Under the pieces are notes generated by a model, which saw nothing but the letters and a program-made list of their open reading frames with translations, made no database searches and was not told the DNA's origin. A program made the position numbers and the translations under genes. A stretch of DNA of 64,000 nt from the NCBI GenBank assembly GCA_000092065.1, contig CP000585.1; one strand, 5' to 3'. This document shows, in pieces, positions 30,155-40,346 of this stretch (positions are counted from its first letter, which is position 1; each line of letters opens with the position of its first letter). The DNA is from Ostreococcus lucimarinus. Taxonomy: Eukaryota.

Positions 30155-30198
30155 CGAACTTGTGTCATAATCAGTTGCTCCATCAAATTAAAAACGCG

Positions 30199-31200
30199 CT
30201 ACGCGACGTTATCGTGTCCTACGTTCGCCACGATGACCGATGCCTTCGGTGCTATCTTTTCTAAAGTTAACCTCACCGTGCAATCGTACTTGACGTGCGC
30301 GCCGGGGCACTCGAGCAACAAACACTGCTCGATCGAAGACAAGTCTTTTCCTTGTGCCACCATTCGAGCGAACACGACTTGCAACGGACTCATCGACGGA
30401 TTGTACGCGGCGCATTCCAGCGACCATCCTACGAACACTCCACCACAGCTCGTTTTGATCGCAATACCAGCGCGCGATGAGCTATAAGGCGCGTACGCTT
30501 TACGCATCGCCTCGAGCGCGAGCGGCACCAGCGCGTTCCAGTCGTCGCCGTGACGCTCCAGCAAGTGCGTCAACGGCATCAAGTCAGCCGACGGAGGCAC
30601 CTTCTCTCCGTGCACGTAAGCTAACGTAGCGAATTGTGCGTTCATACCAGAATCATCGACCCACGACTTTTCCAACAGCAGCGTTCTCGCGCTCTCGTCC
30701 TCGCCGTCGTCTAACAAATCCATCGGCCCAAACGCGTGCGGCAAAAGCTCCGCCAGCGGCGACCGCCACTTCCTCGTCACGCACCGCAAGCCCCCGGCGT
30801 CGCGTAATTCATTCATAAATTGTCTACAGTGTCCACACGGCGCCTCCGTGGTCGCGATGGCTTCTACTTTCCGTTCCTCGTTCGCCATCGCCGTGACGAG
30901 CGCAAACTGCTCCGCGTGTATGGAGTGATTCAGCGGTACCGCGCTGATTTCCACGTTCACCCCCAAGTACACGTTCCCGCTCGCCCCTCGAGCCGCGGCG
31001 CCGACGTGAAATCGACTCGTCGGCGGTCTGGCGTACCTCGACACGCTCTGCGCGAACCGCAGGAGCAACGCATCCGCGTCATCGGTGGATAGCGCGCGCC
31101 GCGTCGTGCTCACGACGCTCTCGAGAACGACAAAGCTCCCTCGAGCGACGGCGTCGTCGACGACGCGCGCGACGATGTCTTCGTGCGCGTCCGCGGGCAT
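30199..31200 (-). CDS. Cytidine deaminase, two-domain (dimeric-type) CDA
   Basis: Zinc-binding motif HAEQFALV...PCGHCRQFMNE (H-A-E / PCxxC), a preceding GNVYLGVNVE block, and a second degenerate CDA-like domain, as in E. coli/plant dimeric CDA. Confidence 0.85.
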   Translation of the reverse strand: MPADAHEDIVARVVDDAVARGSFVVLESVVSTTRRALSTDDADALLLRFAQSVSRYARPPTSRFHVGAAARGASGNVYLGVNVEISAVPLNHSIHAEQFALVTAMANEERKVEAIATTEAPCGHCRQFMNELRDAGGLRCVTRKWRSPLAELLPHAFGPMDLLDDGEDESARTLLLEKSWVDDSGMNAQFATLAYVHGEKVPPSADLMPLTHLLERHGDDWNALVPLALEAMRKAYAPYSSSRAGIAIKTSCGGVFVGWSLECAAYNPSMSPLQVVFARMVAQGKDLSSIEQCLLLECPGAHVKYDCTVRLTLEKIAPKASVIVANVGHDNVA

Positions 31201-31302
31201 CGCGCGCGAGCGAGCGCCGAGACGACGTGTGACGACGGCGCGTCCAGAAGGAAATATTCAATGAAAAATGTGCTATGGCGTGCTCGCGTCGCGACGGCGC
31301 GT

Positions 31303-32610
31303 TTACTCGGAAGGGGCTTCGATCGGCGCTTGGTCGACGGCGGGCTTCGTTTCGTTGACGAGATTTTCGGCGCCGTCGACGATCTTCATGGAGATGATCT
31401 CGTCGTCGACCTTGAGATCGCGCAGGAGCTCTTGGTTCTCGACGACGTAACCGAAGATGGAGTAGCGACCGTCCAAAATGTTGGTGCCGGACGGCGTGAG
31501 TTCGGATTCGCGAAGGAGGAAGAAGAACTGGGACGACGCCGAGTTCGGTTCCGCTTCGCGACGCGCCATCGCGAGCGTACCGAACGCGTTGAACGGCAGC
31601 ACCGGCTGGTCGCGGTAACGGCCGAGTTCCTCCAGCGTCAACTCGTATTCCGGCACCTTGTCGCCTTGCACCATGATTTCCAGAGGAACCGTGCGCTCGA
31701 CGCCGCCAAGCTTGAAACCGTCACCGCCCTTCGGCTTACCGCTTTGTACGACGAAACCATCGGAGCGCTGGATCGGCATCTTGTCGTAAAAACCCAAGTT
31801 GATCAAATCGGCAAAGTTACCCGCGCTCACCGGGGCGTTGTAACCGTCGAGGACGATCTTCAACACGCCGCCATCCGTGTTCGCGTTGTCCTTGATTTTC
31901 ACCAGCATGTCCACCGTCGCCCGACCCTTCAACAACGGCCTGTCCGCGTATTGCGCGGGGACGTCAAATGGGAAACCATCAATCATATCTTCCTCGATGC
32001 GACCGACGAGCGAGAGCGCCTCTTGTTGCTGCAACGGCACCTCTTGCTTGTCCTTTTGAGCGACGATGACTTGGAAATCCGTCAACACACTCTCGAGCTC
32101 TTTCAATGCCTGCTCACCGTCCGCCTTCTTCCCCGACGCGAGAGCCTCAACGATCTTACCGCGTTGCTCCTTGACAATCTTCAAAGAGCCGTTCACGCTC
32201 GATTCGACGCCGGAGAATTTCACTCCCGGCACGCGCAAGTCGTCGCTGATGCTCTCGAGCTTCTTCTGAATGGCGCGAATCGGCTTATTGCTCACCGGCA
32301 ACGCGTTTCGCAACAGCGCCTTGGCGTTCGTGATGGGATTCGCTTCCAATCCAGCGACTTGGCCGATCTCCATCGGCGTCACCGGCGACGCGAACGCTTC
32401 CAGAGTCGGCGCGGAGACGCACGCCGTCGCGGCGATCGCCATCAAACTCTTCGCGATCGATTTCGCCGCGCTCGGGGCGTCTTCGCCCGCAGCGTGCGCG
32501 CGCACGACGGTCAACGCGCTTTGCTTGCGCGTGTTGACTGTTTTCGCGCGCAAAGCGCGCGCTGGGCGCGCGCACGCGCGTCCGATGGTGGGTGACGTCG
32601 ACCCCGGCAT
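31303..32610 (-). CDS. Thylakoid-lumen peptidyl-prolyl isomerase CYP38/TLP40-like (N-terminal helical domain + cyclophilin domain) with plastid transit peptide
   Basis: A green-type S/T/R/A-rich transit peptide. The C-terminal cyclophilin-like block is LKIVLDGYNAPVSAGNFADLINLGFYDKMPIQRSDGFVVQSGKPKG...FGTLAMARREAEPNSASSQFFFLL...LDGRYSIFGYVVEN. Overall length and N-terminal helical region are as in CYP38. Confidence 0.85.
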   Translation of the reverse strand: MPGSTSPTIGRACARPARALRAKTVNTRKQSALTVVRAHAAGEDAPSAAKSIAKSLMAIAATACVSAPTLEAFASPVTPMEIGQVAGLEANPITNAKALLRNALPVSNKPIRAIQKKLESISDDLRVPGVKFSGVESSVNGSLKIVKEQRGKIVEALASGKKADGEQALKELESVLTDFQVIVAQKDKQEVPLQQQEALSLVGRIEEDMIDGFPFDVPAQYADRPLLKGRATVDMLVKIKDNANTDGGVLKIVLDGYNAPVSAGNFADLINLGFYDKMPIQRSDGFVVQSGKPKGGDGFKLGGVERTVPLEIMVQGDKVPEYELTLEELGRYRDQPVLPFNAFGTLAMARREAEPNSASSQFFFLLRESELTPSGTNILDGRYSIFGYVVENQELLRDLKVDDEIISMKIVDGAENLVNETKPAVDQAPIEAPSE

Positions 32611-33466
32611 TTTGGATAAAGTCGTCCTTTACGAGCGTCCACCAACGCGCTGAGTCGCACGAACGCGCTCGGGCGCGACGAAAAGCGCGTCGAAGCGAGT
32701 TTCCGTCTTCGGAGTCGTGCTGCGACGAGCGCGCGCGAATGTGCGGTCGCCCCGCGCGCGCGCCGCGGTTTTCGCAAACTATCGGCTACTCTAACGCTAC
32801 AAACTCTAGACGCGCGCGTCGTCACCTGCGCCCGGCGGGCTCGCGATACGCCCTATTCGCGCGATACAACGCGTAGATTTCATCCCCTCCGATCGACGCG
32901 TCCGTCGGGCGGCTGCCCAGTCCCGCGCGCGCGGGTCCGTCTGTCTCGCGCGCGTTCGCCGTCGGCGCCGCGCGCGTCGGCGCCGCCGCCGTCCCCGCCC
33001 GACCGCGTTCCGACGCCCGCGCGCGCTCATCGTGCTCCAACATCGATTTCGCCGACGCCGAGGCGTCGTATCCGCGCACGTCGCGATCGAACCGCTCGAG
33101 TCGACGCTCGACGTACGCTCGCGGCGGTTCCCGCGCCGCCCTCGTCGTCGTCGCCTCCACCGCGCGGTACAGCCCCGCGACGCCCGCGTTCGCGCGTCGC
33201 GCGCGCATCGCGAGCGTCCCGACCGCCGTTCCCGTCCCGCGCGTCTCGCGCGTCGTCGCGCGCGCGTCGAGATCGATCTCGTTCGCGTCGCCCGCGCCCG
33301 AGTCTCGCGCGTCGTCCCGCGCGCGCGCCCCGAGCGCCGCCGCGATGCGCTCGGCGCGCCTGCGCGCCTCCTCCACCATCGCGCTCGCGGGCGCGGGCTC
33401 CATCGCGCGCGGCGCGTCGCCGCGTCGCCGCGTCGTCGGCGCGCTGTGTCGACGCCGTGTCATTTC

Positions 33467-34198
33467 ATGTCGCGCGCGTCGCGGCTCGTCTCGCTCGCCC
33501 CGCGCGCTCGCGTCGCGCGCCGACGCGCGACGCGCGCGATGGCGGGACCGCCGACGCCCGCGCGACCGCTCGGGCGCGTCGCGCGCGGCGCGGCGACGGC
33601 GAGGGTGAAGATCGACGCGTGGTTGGACTTTGCGTGCCCGTTTTCGGGACGGTTTTGGAGAAACTGCACGGCGGCGTGGGCGAGTTACGACGGGAAAGCG
33701 GACGTCGCGATCGTCGTGTACAATCAACCGCAACCGTGGCACGCGCAGAGCGCGCTGGCGCACGAGGTGTCGTTGGGGGTGGAACGACTGCGCGGCGAGG
33801 ACGCGTTCGTCGCGTTTTGCGAGGCGGCGTTTAGCGAGAAAAACTGGGACAAGTTCACGGATAAGTTCACGGAAAAGATGACCAAGGGGGAGATGTACGA
33901 TTTGTACGTCGACGTCGCGCGCGAGGCGATGACGGGCGCGATGGGCGCGGACGCCGCGGCGTCGACGGCGGGCGAAGTGCGAAAACTTTTGGAATTGGAC
34001 GCCGAGGCGTTGGCGCGCGGGGAGAAGAATCCGGGCAACGCGATGACGCAGCAGTTGAAGTTTTACGTCAAACTCGGACGGCAAACGGGCGTGCACGTGT
34101 CGCCGAGCGCGTACGTGAACGGACTGTTCGCGGATACCTCGAGCGGGTGGAGCGAGAGCGAGTGGCACGCGTTTTTCGACGCCGCGCGTGGCAAGTGA
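33467..34198 (+). CDS. DsbA-like thioredoxin-fold protein (CxxS active-site variant)
   Basis: RVKIDAWLDFACPFSGRFW... is a DSBA-family N-terminal CPxS motif within a beta-alpha fold; C-terminal VHVSPSAYVNGL resembles the cis-Pro region. The start is uncertain (ATG 33467 or ~33540). The track ORF start 33032 lies in the antisense of an A/R-rich region. Confidence 0.65.
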   Translation: MSRASRLVSLAPRARVARRRATRAMAGPPTPARPLGRVARGAATARVKIDAWLDFACPFSGRFWRNCTAAWASYDGKADVAIVVYNQPQPWHAQSALAHEVSLGVERLRGEDAFVAFCEAAFSEKNWDKFTDKFTEKMTKGEMYDLYVDVAREAMTGAMGADAAASTAGEVRKLLELDAEALARGEKNPGNAMTQQLKFYVKLGRQTGVHVSPSAYVNGLFADTSSGWSESEWHAFFDAARGK

Positions 34199-34281
34199 GC
34201 GCAGCGATCATCGCGCCGCAGCTTCTCGTCAGTCTTAGCGAATGCCTTTTAAACTCTAATTACAGACAAAGCGAGATAACA

Positions 34282-35024
34282 TCACGGATCCTCTGACTTT
34301 TCTTCGTTCGCCTCGGCGGCGTCGCGTTCGGCGAGCTCCGCCTTGGCCTGGTCGAGCAGATCCTTGCCGTCGAAATAATCCAGCGTCTTTTGTCCGGCGA
34401 GCGCGATCAATCCGACGCCGTTCGCCGCGTACACGAACGTGGCCAAGTACGTCAGCCCCTCGACGATCGTGCGCACGGTGATGGAAATTTGTCGCACCGT
34501 CTCGCTCTCCGGCAGCGCCTTCCCGTCGAACGACGCGCTCACCTTGGACGCGAACGCGTACAGCACGACAGAGATCCCGATCCCCGTCAAACCTCCGGTA
34601 AAACTCTGCATCGCCGTCAGCTCTTTCGTCTTCTTCGCGCGCTCTTCGTCGATTTTCGCTCGTTCCTCCTCCGGCAACCTATTCGCCACGCGAAACTCCC
34701 TCGCCTTCCCGCTTCGCTTCTGCACCGCGCGCGCAAAGTACCAGAACGAAAACCCCGTGAACAGGACGCCGAACACGTTCTGCAGCGGCGTCGCCTCTTC
34801 CGTGGGCACGCCGTACGAGTCGTACACCCCCGCGACGGCGACGCCGCCGTCGACCGCCGCGACCCACGCCGCCGCCGCCGCCGCGCGCGCCGTCGCCGTC
34901 GCCGTCGCCCGCCCTCGCGCGCGCGCGTCCGCGTCCGCGCGCGCGACGCCGTTTCTCGCGTCACCGTCCTCGTCCGCGCGCGTCGTCGTCGTCGTCGCCG
35001 TCGTCGCGCGCGTCGTCGTCCTCA
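34282..35024 (-). CDS. Hypothetical membrane protein (3 predicted TM helices, T/A-rich N-terminus)
   Basis: The ATG at 35024 opens MRTTTRATTATTTTT.... TM candidates are LQNVFGVLFTGFSFWYFARAV, LTGIGISVVLYAFASKV and LTYLATFVYAANGVGLIALAG, followed by an acidic C-terminus. The upstream 300 codons of the track ORF 34282..35949 are an R-rich antisense of the SR gene and are not included. Confidence 0.45.
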
Positions 35025-35214
35025 TCTTTCGTTCGCCGTCGCCGCGCGTCGCCGTCCACCGTCGCGTCGCGCGCGCGCGTCGCGCCGCGGGCGCCGCGCG
35101 CGCGCGCGCGCGCGCGCCCGTCCGCGCCCGCATCGCCCCGTCTCGCGTTCGCGCGCGCGTGTGCGGCGCGCCCGCGCGGCGCCGCGTCACATCGAGTCGC
35201 GCCGTCGTCGATCG

Positions 35215-36240
35215 ATGTCGCGCGACGCCGACGCGCGCGGGCGCGCGGTGTACGTCGGGAACCTGCCGCTCGACGCGTCGTCGCGCGACGTCGACCGACG
35301 GTTCGCGGCGCACGGCGTCGTGGCGCGCGTCGAGGTCAAGCGACCGCGACATCCGCCGGCGTTCGCGTTCGTGACGTTCGACGACGCGCGCGACGCCGAG
35401 CGCGCGGCGCGGGCGGAGGACGGGACGACGTTCGATGGGAGACGCGTGCGCGCGGAGCTGGCGCGGGGACGACGGGACGGCGGGAGGGAGAGGGAGAGGG
35501 AGAGGGAGAGGGAGGCGCGCGGCGACTGGGACCGCGGCGACCGGGACGACGGCGACGGGCGCGATAGATACGCGGGACGGATGCGAAGCGATCGAGAGGG
35601 GCCGTACGATCGACCGCGATGGCGCGATGGCGCGGACGCGCGATCGATGGTGCGGGAGCGCGCGGCGACGCGAAAGACGGAGCATTCGGTGAAGGTGGAG
35701 GATTTGCCGCGAGGCGCGGATTGGCGAGACGTGAAGGACGCGTTTCGACGCGCGGGACGGGTGACGTACGCGAGCACGTTCGTCGATCGCGATGGACGGA
35801 GGTGCGCGGAGGTACACTTTGAGAGCGCGGACGACGTCGAACGAGCGATCGACGCGTTCGACGATAGGGAGTTTGAGATTTCCGGCGGCGCGCGCGAGTA
35901 CGTGCGGGTGTTTCGTCGAGCGCCGAGACGTCGTCGAGAGGGCGGGCATCGACCGCGGAGTTACTCGCGCGAGCGGTACTCCGATGACCGCGTCCGGCGC
36001 GCGCGAAGTCGCAGCCGTAGCTTCAGCCGTAGCTTCAGCCGGTCGCGCAGCCGCAGTCGCGACGAACGCGACGACGGCCCGTCGCGGAGCCCGTCGCCCG
36101 AAATCATCGAGCGACGCCGCTCGCGCAGCAGAACGCCGTCGCGGCGCGACGACGATTCGCCTCGGCGCGGGCGGTCGCCCACGCCGCGGGGCGCGCGATC
36201 GCGCGAGCCCTCATTCGACGACCTCGCGGCGAACGATTAA
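35215..36240 (+). CDS. SR splicing factor, SRSF1 (ASF/SF2)-like: RRM + pseudo-RRM + RS domain
   Basis: RRM1 RAVYVGNLPLDASSRDVDRRFAAHGVVARVEV...AFAFVTFDDARDAERA. Pseudo-RRM with the SWQDLKD-type signature (ADWRDVKDAFRRAGRVTYA). C-terminal RSRSRS/SPRR repeats. The ATG is at 35215; the long upstream track ORF from 34390 is an artefact. Confidence 0.85.
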   Translation: MSRDADARGRAVYVGNLPLDASSRDVDRRFAAHGVVARVEVKRPRHPPAFAFVTFDDARDAERAARAEDGTTFDGRRVRAELARGRRDGGREREREREREARGDWDRGDRDDGDGRDRYAGRMRSDREGPYDRPRWRDGADARSMVRERAATRKTEHSVKVEDLPRGADWRDVKDAFRRAGRVTYASTFVDRDGRRCAEVHFESADDVERAIDAFDDREFEISGGAREYVRVFRRAPRRRREGGHRPRSYSRERYSDDRVRRARSRSRSFSRSFSRSRSRSRDERDDGPSRSPSPEIIERRRSRSRTPSRRDDDSPRRGRSPTPRGARSREPSFDDLAAND

Positions 36241-36273
36241 CGAACGATTCAATTTCTAAAATTCTTCACAAAA

Positions 36274-36885
36274 TCACTTCATCTTTTCAATCGCCGCTCG
36301 ACAGTCGACGCTCGCGCCGCGTCCTTTCCCTCGCTCGAACGCCTCGAGCACGCGCCAAATCAACGCCTCGTACTCATCCTCTAAAAACTCCCCATCCTCC
36401 GTCACGAACTCTTCGCACCGCACGTCGCATCGCACCGCGTCCTTCGCCTCGCACTTCCCGTCGCTCTTCGCGCTCACGATCACCTCGAGCGTCTCCGCCA
36501 GTCGCGCGCACCGCACGTGCACCGTCAGCCCATCCTTCGACCGTTCGTTTCTCGCCCACGCCGCCGGTTCGCGTCCATCGCAATCCACCCCTCGCGCTCG
36601 CGTCAGCAGCAGCGCGTCTCGCTCCGCGTACTTCGCCACGCACGGCGCCCCGCACGCCAGCGCCCCGTACGCCGCCGCGCACGCCCATCGCGTCGCGTCG
36701 TTCGTCATCGTCACCGCGTGCGCCGCGCACGCCGCGCCGATCGCCGCGATCGACAGCGCGATCTTCGCGTCCACCGTGCGCGTGTCCTCGTCGTAGCCCG
36801 CGTCGAGGACCGCGCACACCGTCGCGTCGTCGTACGCGCGCCGCACCGCGACGTGGTCGTACACGTTCGAGATCGGCGTCGCCAT
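36274..36885 (-). CDS. Hypothetical protein
   Basis: An ATG-initiated 203-aa ORF with diverse composition (MATPISNVYDHVAVRRAYDDATVCAVLDAGYDEDTRTVDAKIALSIAAIG...EEFVTEDGEFLEDEYEALIWRVLEAFERGKG). No family recognised. Confidence 0.4.
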   Translation of the reverse strand: MATPISNVYDHVAVRRAYDDATVCAVLDAGYDEDTRTVDAKIALSIAAIGAACAAHAVTMTNDATRWACAAAYGALACGAPCVAKYAERDALLLTRARGVDCDGREPAAWARNERSKDGLTVHVRCARLAETLEVIVSAKSDGKCEAKDAVRCDVRCEEFVTEDGEFLEDEYEALIWRVLEAFERGKGRGASVDCRAAIEKMK

Positions 36886-37121
36886 CGCGCGTCGCGGTCG
36901 CGATCGAGCGTCGCGATTTCGGGGTCGCGCGCGTCGTGCGCAGCGCGCGTCGCGCGGCGCTCGCGCGCGTCGTCGCGCGCGCGCGTGTGCGGGACGGCGT
37001 CGAACGCGTTCGCGACGCCATCGCGCGCGTCCCGCACACGCGCGCGCGGCGTCGCGCTCGATCGCGCTCGATCGCGCTCGATCGCGCGCCGCGACGCGGC
37101 GTCGAACGCGGCGCGCGCGCG

Positions 37122-38585
37122 ATGGCGCGCGAGCGACGCAGGGACGACGTGACGCTGCCGCGAGCGACGAAACTCGCGCTGATTCGCTTCCCGGGATACG
37201 TCGACGACGTCGACGCGTGCGAACGGATGCTGGGCGGACGCGCGGCGCTGTCCGAGGCGTGCTTTCCGAGAGAAACCTCGCGGCGACGCGCGGCGGGAGG
37301 GCGCGCGACGTCGGAGGACGGCGCGACGACGGGGCGACGACGACGGGACGGCGGGCGGTTGGAGCTGCGATTCGCGAACGCGAACGCGAACGCGAAGGCG
37401 AAGGCGAACGGGCGTCGGTCGGTGGCGTACGGCGAACGAAGGGAGACGCGGTCGATCGTGTTGAAAATGACGGAACGCGCGGACGCGAACGGCGGGACGA
37501 GGACGGAGGTGGAGGCGATCGGGTTGGCGCGGCGAGTGTTTTTGTTTCGAGGCGCGGCGGATTTCGGACGACGAAACGAGGGACGAGACGACGACGCGGG
37601 ACGACGGGACGCGGTTGACGGGGTGAAGTGGTTGAAGGATGCGAAGGGAGGGGCGAACGATCCGTTCGAGCTCGGGAACGAGGGCGATGGGGGGGTCGGG
37701 GGGATGGGCGCGACGTCGCTGCGGCCGCCGTTGTACACGCGAGACGACATTCCCGTGGCGAATTATTTTGAGCAAAACGATACGGGGGCGACGACGACGC
37801 GGGAGGTTGATTTCCACGAGATCGCGGTGCCTACTCGAGGTTTGGCGATGGAAGACGCCTCGAGCGCGGCGGTGAGCGCGATGCGGGCGTTGATGGAAGA
37901 GAGAGACGTTTGGGCGCCGCTCGCGGCGTTGGCGCGTCTGCCGAAATCGTTGGCGGACGAAATCGTTTCGCGAAAGCTTCACGCGACGACGTGTTATCAG
38001 TTCTCGAGCGGGCCTTTTAAGAAGTCGTGGATTAAAGTCGGCGTCGACCCGCGATTTGATAGGACGTACGTGCGTCATCAAACCGTGACGCTTCGATTAC
38101 CCGCGAATTGGTTTCGGGACGACGACGAAGAGGGCGCGCGTCGCAAAGAGCGATTCTCCCTCAGCTCGCGCGCCGATCGCGGATATCACGCCGCCATTCA
38201 CGGGTTTCGAGCGATACCGGACGCGAGACACCCAGTCTTATCGCTCGCTGATATCGATCTGCCGAGCGTGCGCGCCGCGGTGGAACGCGCGGCGACGTGC
38301 GAGGACCCGCCGAGCGCGTGCGACGAGCGTCGCGGCTGGCTATCCGCCGCGCTTCATCGCAAGATCCAGCGCGCCATACTTCGCGGCTACCAAACATTGC
38401 TGAACGGTGGTGACCCGATCGCCGTCGACGAAGCCTCGATGGCCGACGCGGACGACGCCGCGGTGGACGACGATTTCATCGCGAACGACGCCGCCGCGCC
38501 CAAAGTCGCCGCCGACGACGACGAAGGCGACGAGTACGAAATTCTCGCCGGCGACGATGATTCCGGCGACGACGACATCGCGTAG
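37122..38585 (+). CDS. General transcription factor IIIC subunit 5 (tau95/Sfc1-like)
   Basis: N-terminal LALIRFPGYVDDVDACERMLGG matches GTF3C5 VCVEYPGVVRDVAKMLPTLGG. The central TTCYQFSSGPFKKSWIKVGVDPRFDRTYVRHQ matches ITGPWRSLWIRFGYDPRKNPDAKIYQ. The C-terminus is acidic (DDDEGDEYEILAGDDDSGDDD), as in tau95. The ATG is at 37122. Confidence 0.7.
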   Translation: MARERRRDDVTLPRATKLALIRFPGYVDDVDACERMLGGRAALSEACFPRETSRRRAAGGRATSEDGATTGRRRRDGGRLELRFANANANAKAKANGRRSVAYGERRETRSIVLKMTERADANGGTRTEVEAIGLARRVFLFRGAADFGRRNEGRDDDAGRRDAVDGVKWLKDAKGGANDPFELGNEGDGGVGGMGATSLRPPLYTRDDIPVANYFEQNDTGATTTREVDFHEIAVPTRGLAMEDASSAAVSAMRALMEERDVWAPLAALARLPKSLADEIVSRKLHATTCYQFSSGPFKKSWIKVGVDPRFDRTYVRHQTVTLRLPANWFRDDDEEGARRKERFSLSSRADRGYHAAIHGFRAIPDARHPVLSLADIDLPSVRAAVERAATCEDPPSACDERRGWLSAALHRKIQRAILRGYQTLLNGGDPIAVDEASMADADDAAVDDDFIANDAAAPKVAADDDEGDEYEILAGDDDSGDDDIA

Positions 38586-38754
38586 AAATAGATTGTGTAA
38601 CGAAATAGACGCACGCTTTGATTCGCGCGTTCGCGTTCGCGTTCGCGTTCGCGTTCGGCGCCTAGGGCAACAGTCCCGCGCGCGCGCGCCGCCCGACATT
38701 CGCCGTCGCGCGCGTCGCGCCGCGTCTCGCACGCGACAAACACGCTTCGCGCGC

Positions 38755-39195
38755 ATGTCCACCACCGCGCTCGCGCGCGCGGCGTCCAGAATCGCGCGCG
38801 CCGCGCTCGAAACTTCCGCGTCGACGCCTCTGACGCGATCGATCTCCTCCACCGCCGCGGCGTCGCGCGCGCACGGTCTAGACGCCTTCGTGGACGCGAA
38901 CAGAGACGAAAAAACCTTCGTCGGTCGCGAGTGGCTCGCGAGCGACCTGCGGAACAAGTCGTACGAGGACCTGCACGAGCTGTGGTACGTGCTGCTCAAG
39001 GAGCGAAACATGCTGCTGACGGAACGATACCTGGCGAGAACGAATCGCGAACCCATGCGAGCGCCGCAGAGGATGACCAAGGTGAGAAAGAGCATGGCGA
39101 GGATTAAACTCGTGCTCACGGAGCGGGCGAGAGAGGAAGCGGGAGGAGATCCGCAAAAGTTATTCGAGATGATGCGTTTGATAAACGCCAAGTGA
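38755..39195 (+). CDS. Mitochondrial ribosomal protein L47 (uL29m family)
   Basis: [39 protein letters not shown] matches the MRP-L47 signature ([33 protein letters not shown]). The N-terminal presequence is [18 protein letters not shown]. Confidence 0.8.
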   Translation: [146 protein letters not shown]

Positions 39196-39292
39196 GCGCG
39201 CGTCTCGTTTGTAAATAGCCACGTTAGCGACTTCGTTCACGCGCGACGTTCGCCGCTGGGCTAATGGGCTAATGGCCTAATGAGCTAAGCGT

Positions 39293-40261
39293 CTACTGGG
39301 CGTCGCTATGATTATGTTCGCCGAGCGCGTCGGTCTCGCCGCCGTCGTCGTCGTCGTCGTCGTCGCTCGCTCGACCGAGTTCAATCCAGCACGACAGCGC
39401 AGTCTCTTCGCGTTCGCGGACTCCGAGCATTAATCGAGGGATGCGATGTCGTAAATCGACGATGCACGAACACCCGGTGAATTGAATGTCATTCTCGACG
39501 CCGATCCTGTTCGCGCACACGAAGTACGGGCTCATTGTTTTGCCTAAAAGAGGCTGCAGCCTCGACATCCAGTAAGACACCGTCTCGCCGAAATCGACAG
39601 GCTTCCGTTTGATCTCTTCTGGGTCGTCGGGATGCGCCGACGTCCACGCCGAGCTGAAGAGAATCAAATCGCTCCCGACGCACGCGTTCGCGAGCTCGAA
39701 ATCCGTCCAAGGCGCCTCGAATTTGTACGGATTAATATCCATGCAAATCGCCGACACGCACTTCACGTCCCGAACCACCTCGGCGTACGCCGACCCCGCG
39801 CCACGGACGAAGCACTTCATCGCGAGCGTGAAAACCTCAAAACCTCGGCGTCCCTCGACCGCCCACGCCTCGTCCACGAAGTACAGGTGCGATTTGTCGT
39901 ACCGACGCGCGACGTCGCCGTCGGGCGCGAAAACCGTCTGCGAGTTGAACAACTCCCCGCTCGTCGCCTCCTCCCTGCAGTGTCCGAGCGCCACGTGCGT
40001 GTCGTACGTCATCGCGATCTCGCGCGCCCACGCGAGCGCGCGCGCGCTCTCGCGCGCCACCGCGCGCGCGTCGTCCTCGTCGCGCAACGCGTAACGACTG
40101 AAACCGAGCTCCGGGCAAACAACCATCCCCACGCCTCGATCGCGCGTCAGCGCCGCGCGCACGCGCGCGTCGACGCGCGCGACGTTCTCCGCCACCGTTT
40201 CCGCGCGCGTCGGGTCCGTCTGCACGACGCACACGCGCGCGCGCGCGTCCTCACCGCGCAT
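39293..40261 (-). CDS. Carbon-nitrogen hydrolase (nitrilase superfamily), possibly protein N-terminal amidase (NTA1-like)
   Basis: CN-hydrolase layout: the start VCVVQTDP...VDARVRAALTRDRGVGMVVCPELGF carries the catalytic-Glu region, and AICMDINPY carries the catalytic-Cys region. The acidic DDDDDDD tail is not part of the domain. The ATG is at 40261; the ~180 upstream codons of the track ORF are S/A low-complexity overlapping the PWP1 start and are excluded. Confidence 0.65.
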   Translation of the reverse strand: MRGEDARARVCVVQTDPTRAETVAENVARVDARVRAALTRDRGVGMVVCPELGFSRYALRDEDDARAVARESARALAWAREIAMTYDTHVALGHCREEATSGELFNSQTVFAPDGDVARRYDKSHLYFVDEAWAVEGRRGFEVFTLAMKCFVRGAGSAYAEVVRDVKCVSAICMDINPYKFEAPWTDFELANACVGSDLILFSSAWTSAHPDDPEEIKRKPVDFGETVSYWMSRLQPLLGKTMSPYFVCANRIGVENDIQFTGCSCIVDLRHRIPRLMLGVREREETALSCWIELGRASDDDDDDDGGETDALGEHNHSDAQ

Positions 40262-40346
40262 GCCCGCCGCCGCCGCCGGCACACTGTGACGCCGCGCGTC
40301 GTCGCGCGCGCGCGCGCTCGGCCCTCGCCGCGCGAACGCGCGCGCG

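Noticed and set aside
31183-32595. 470-aa plus-strand ORF
   Set aside because: Antisense of the CYP38-like gene; R/L/D-rich with no motif.
34282-35949. 555-aa minus-strand ORF
   Set aside because: The upstream 300 codons are R-rich and antisense to the SRSF1-like gene (35215..36240). Only the segment downstream of the ATG at 35024 has membrane-protein-like composition.
36374-38081. Two 456/458-aa minus-strand ORFs (36374..37750, 36711..38081)
   Set aside because: Antisense to the TFIIIC5-like gene; the composition is R/P/S/A low-complexity.
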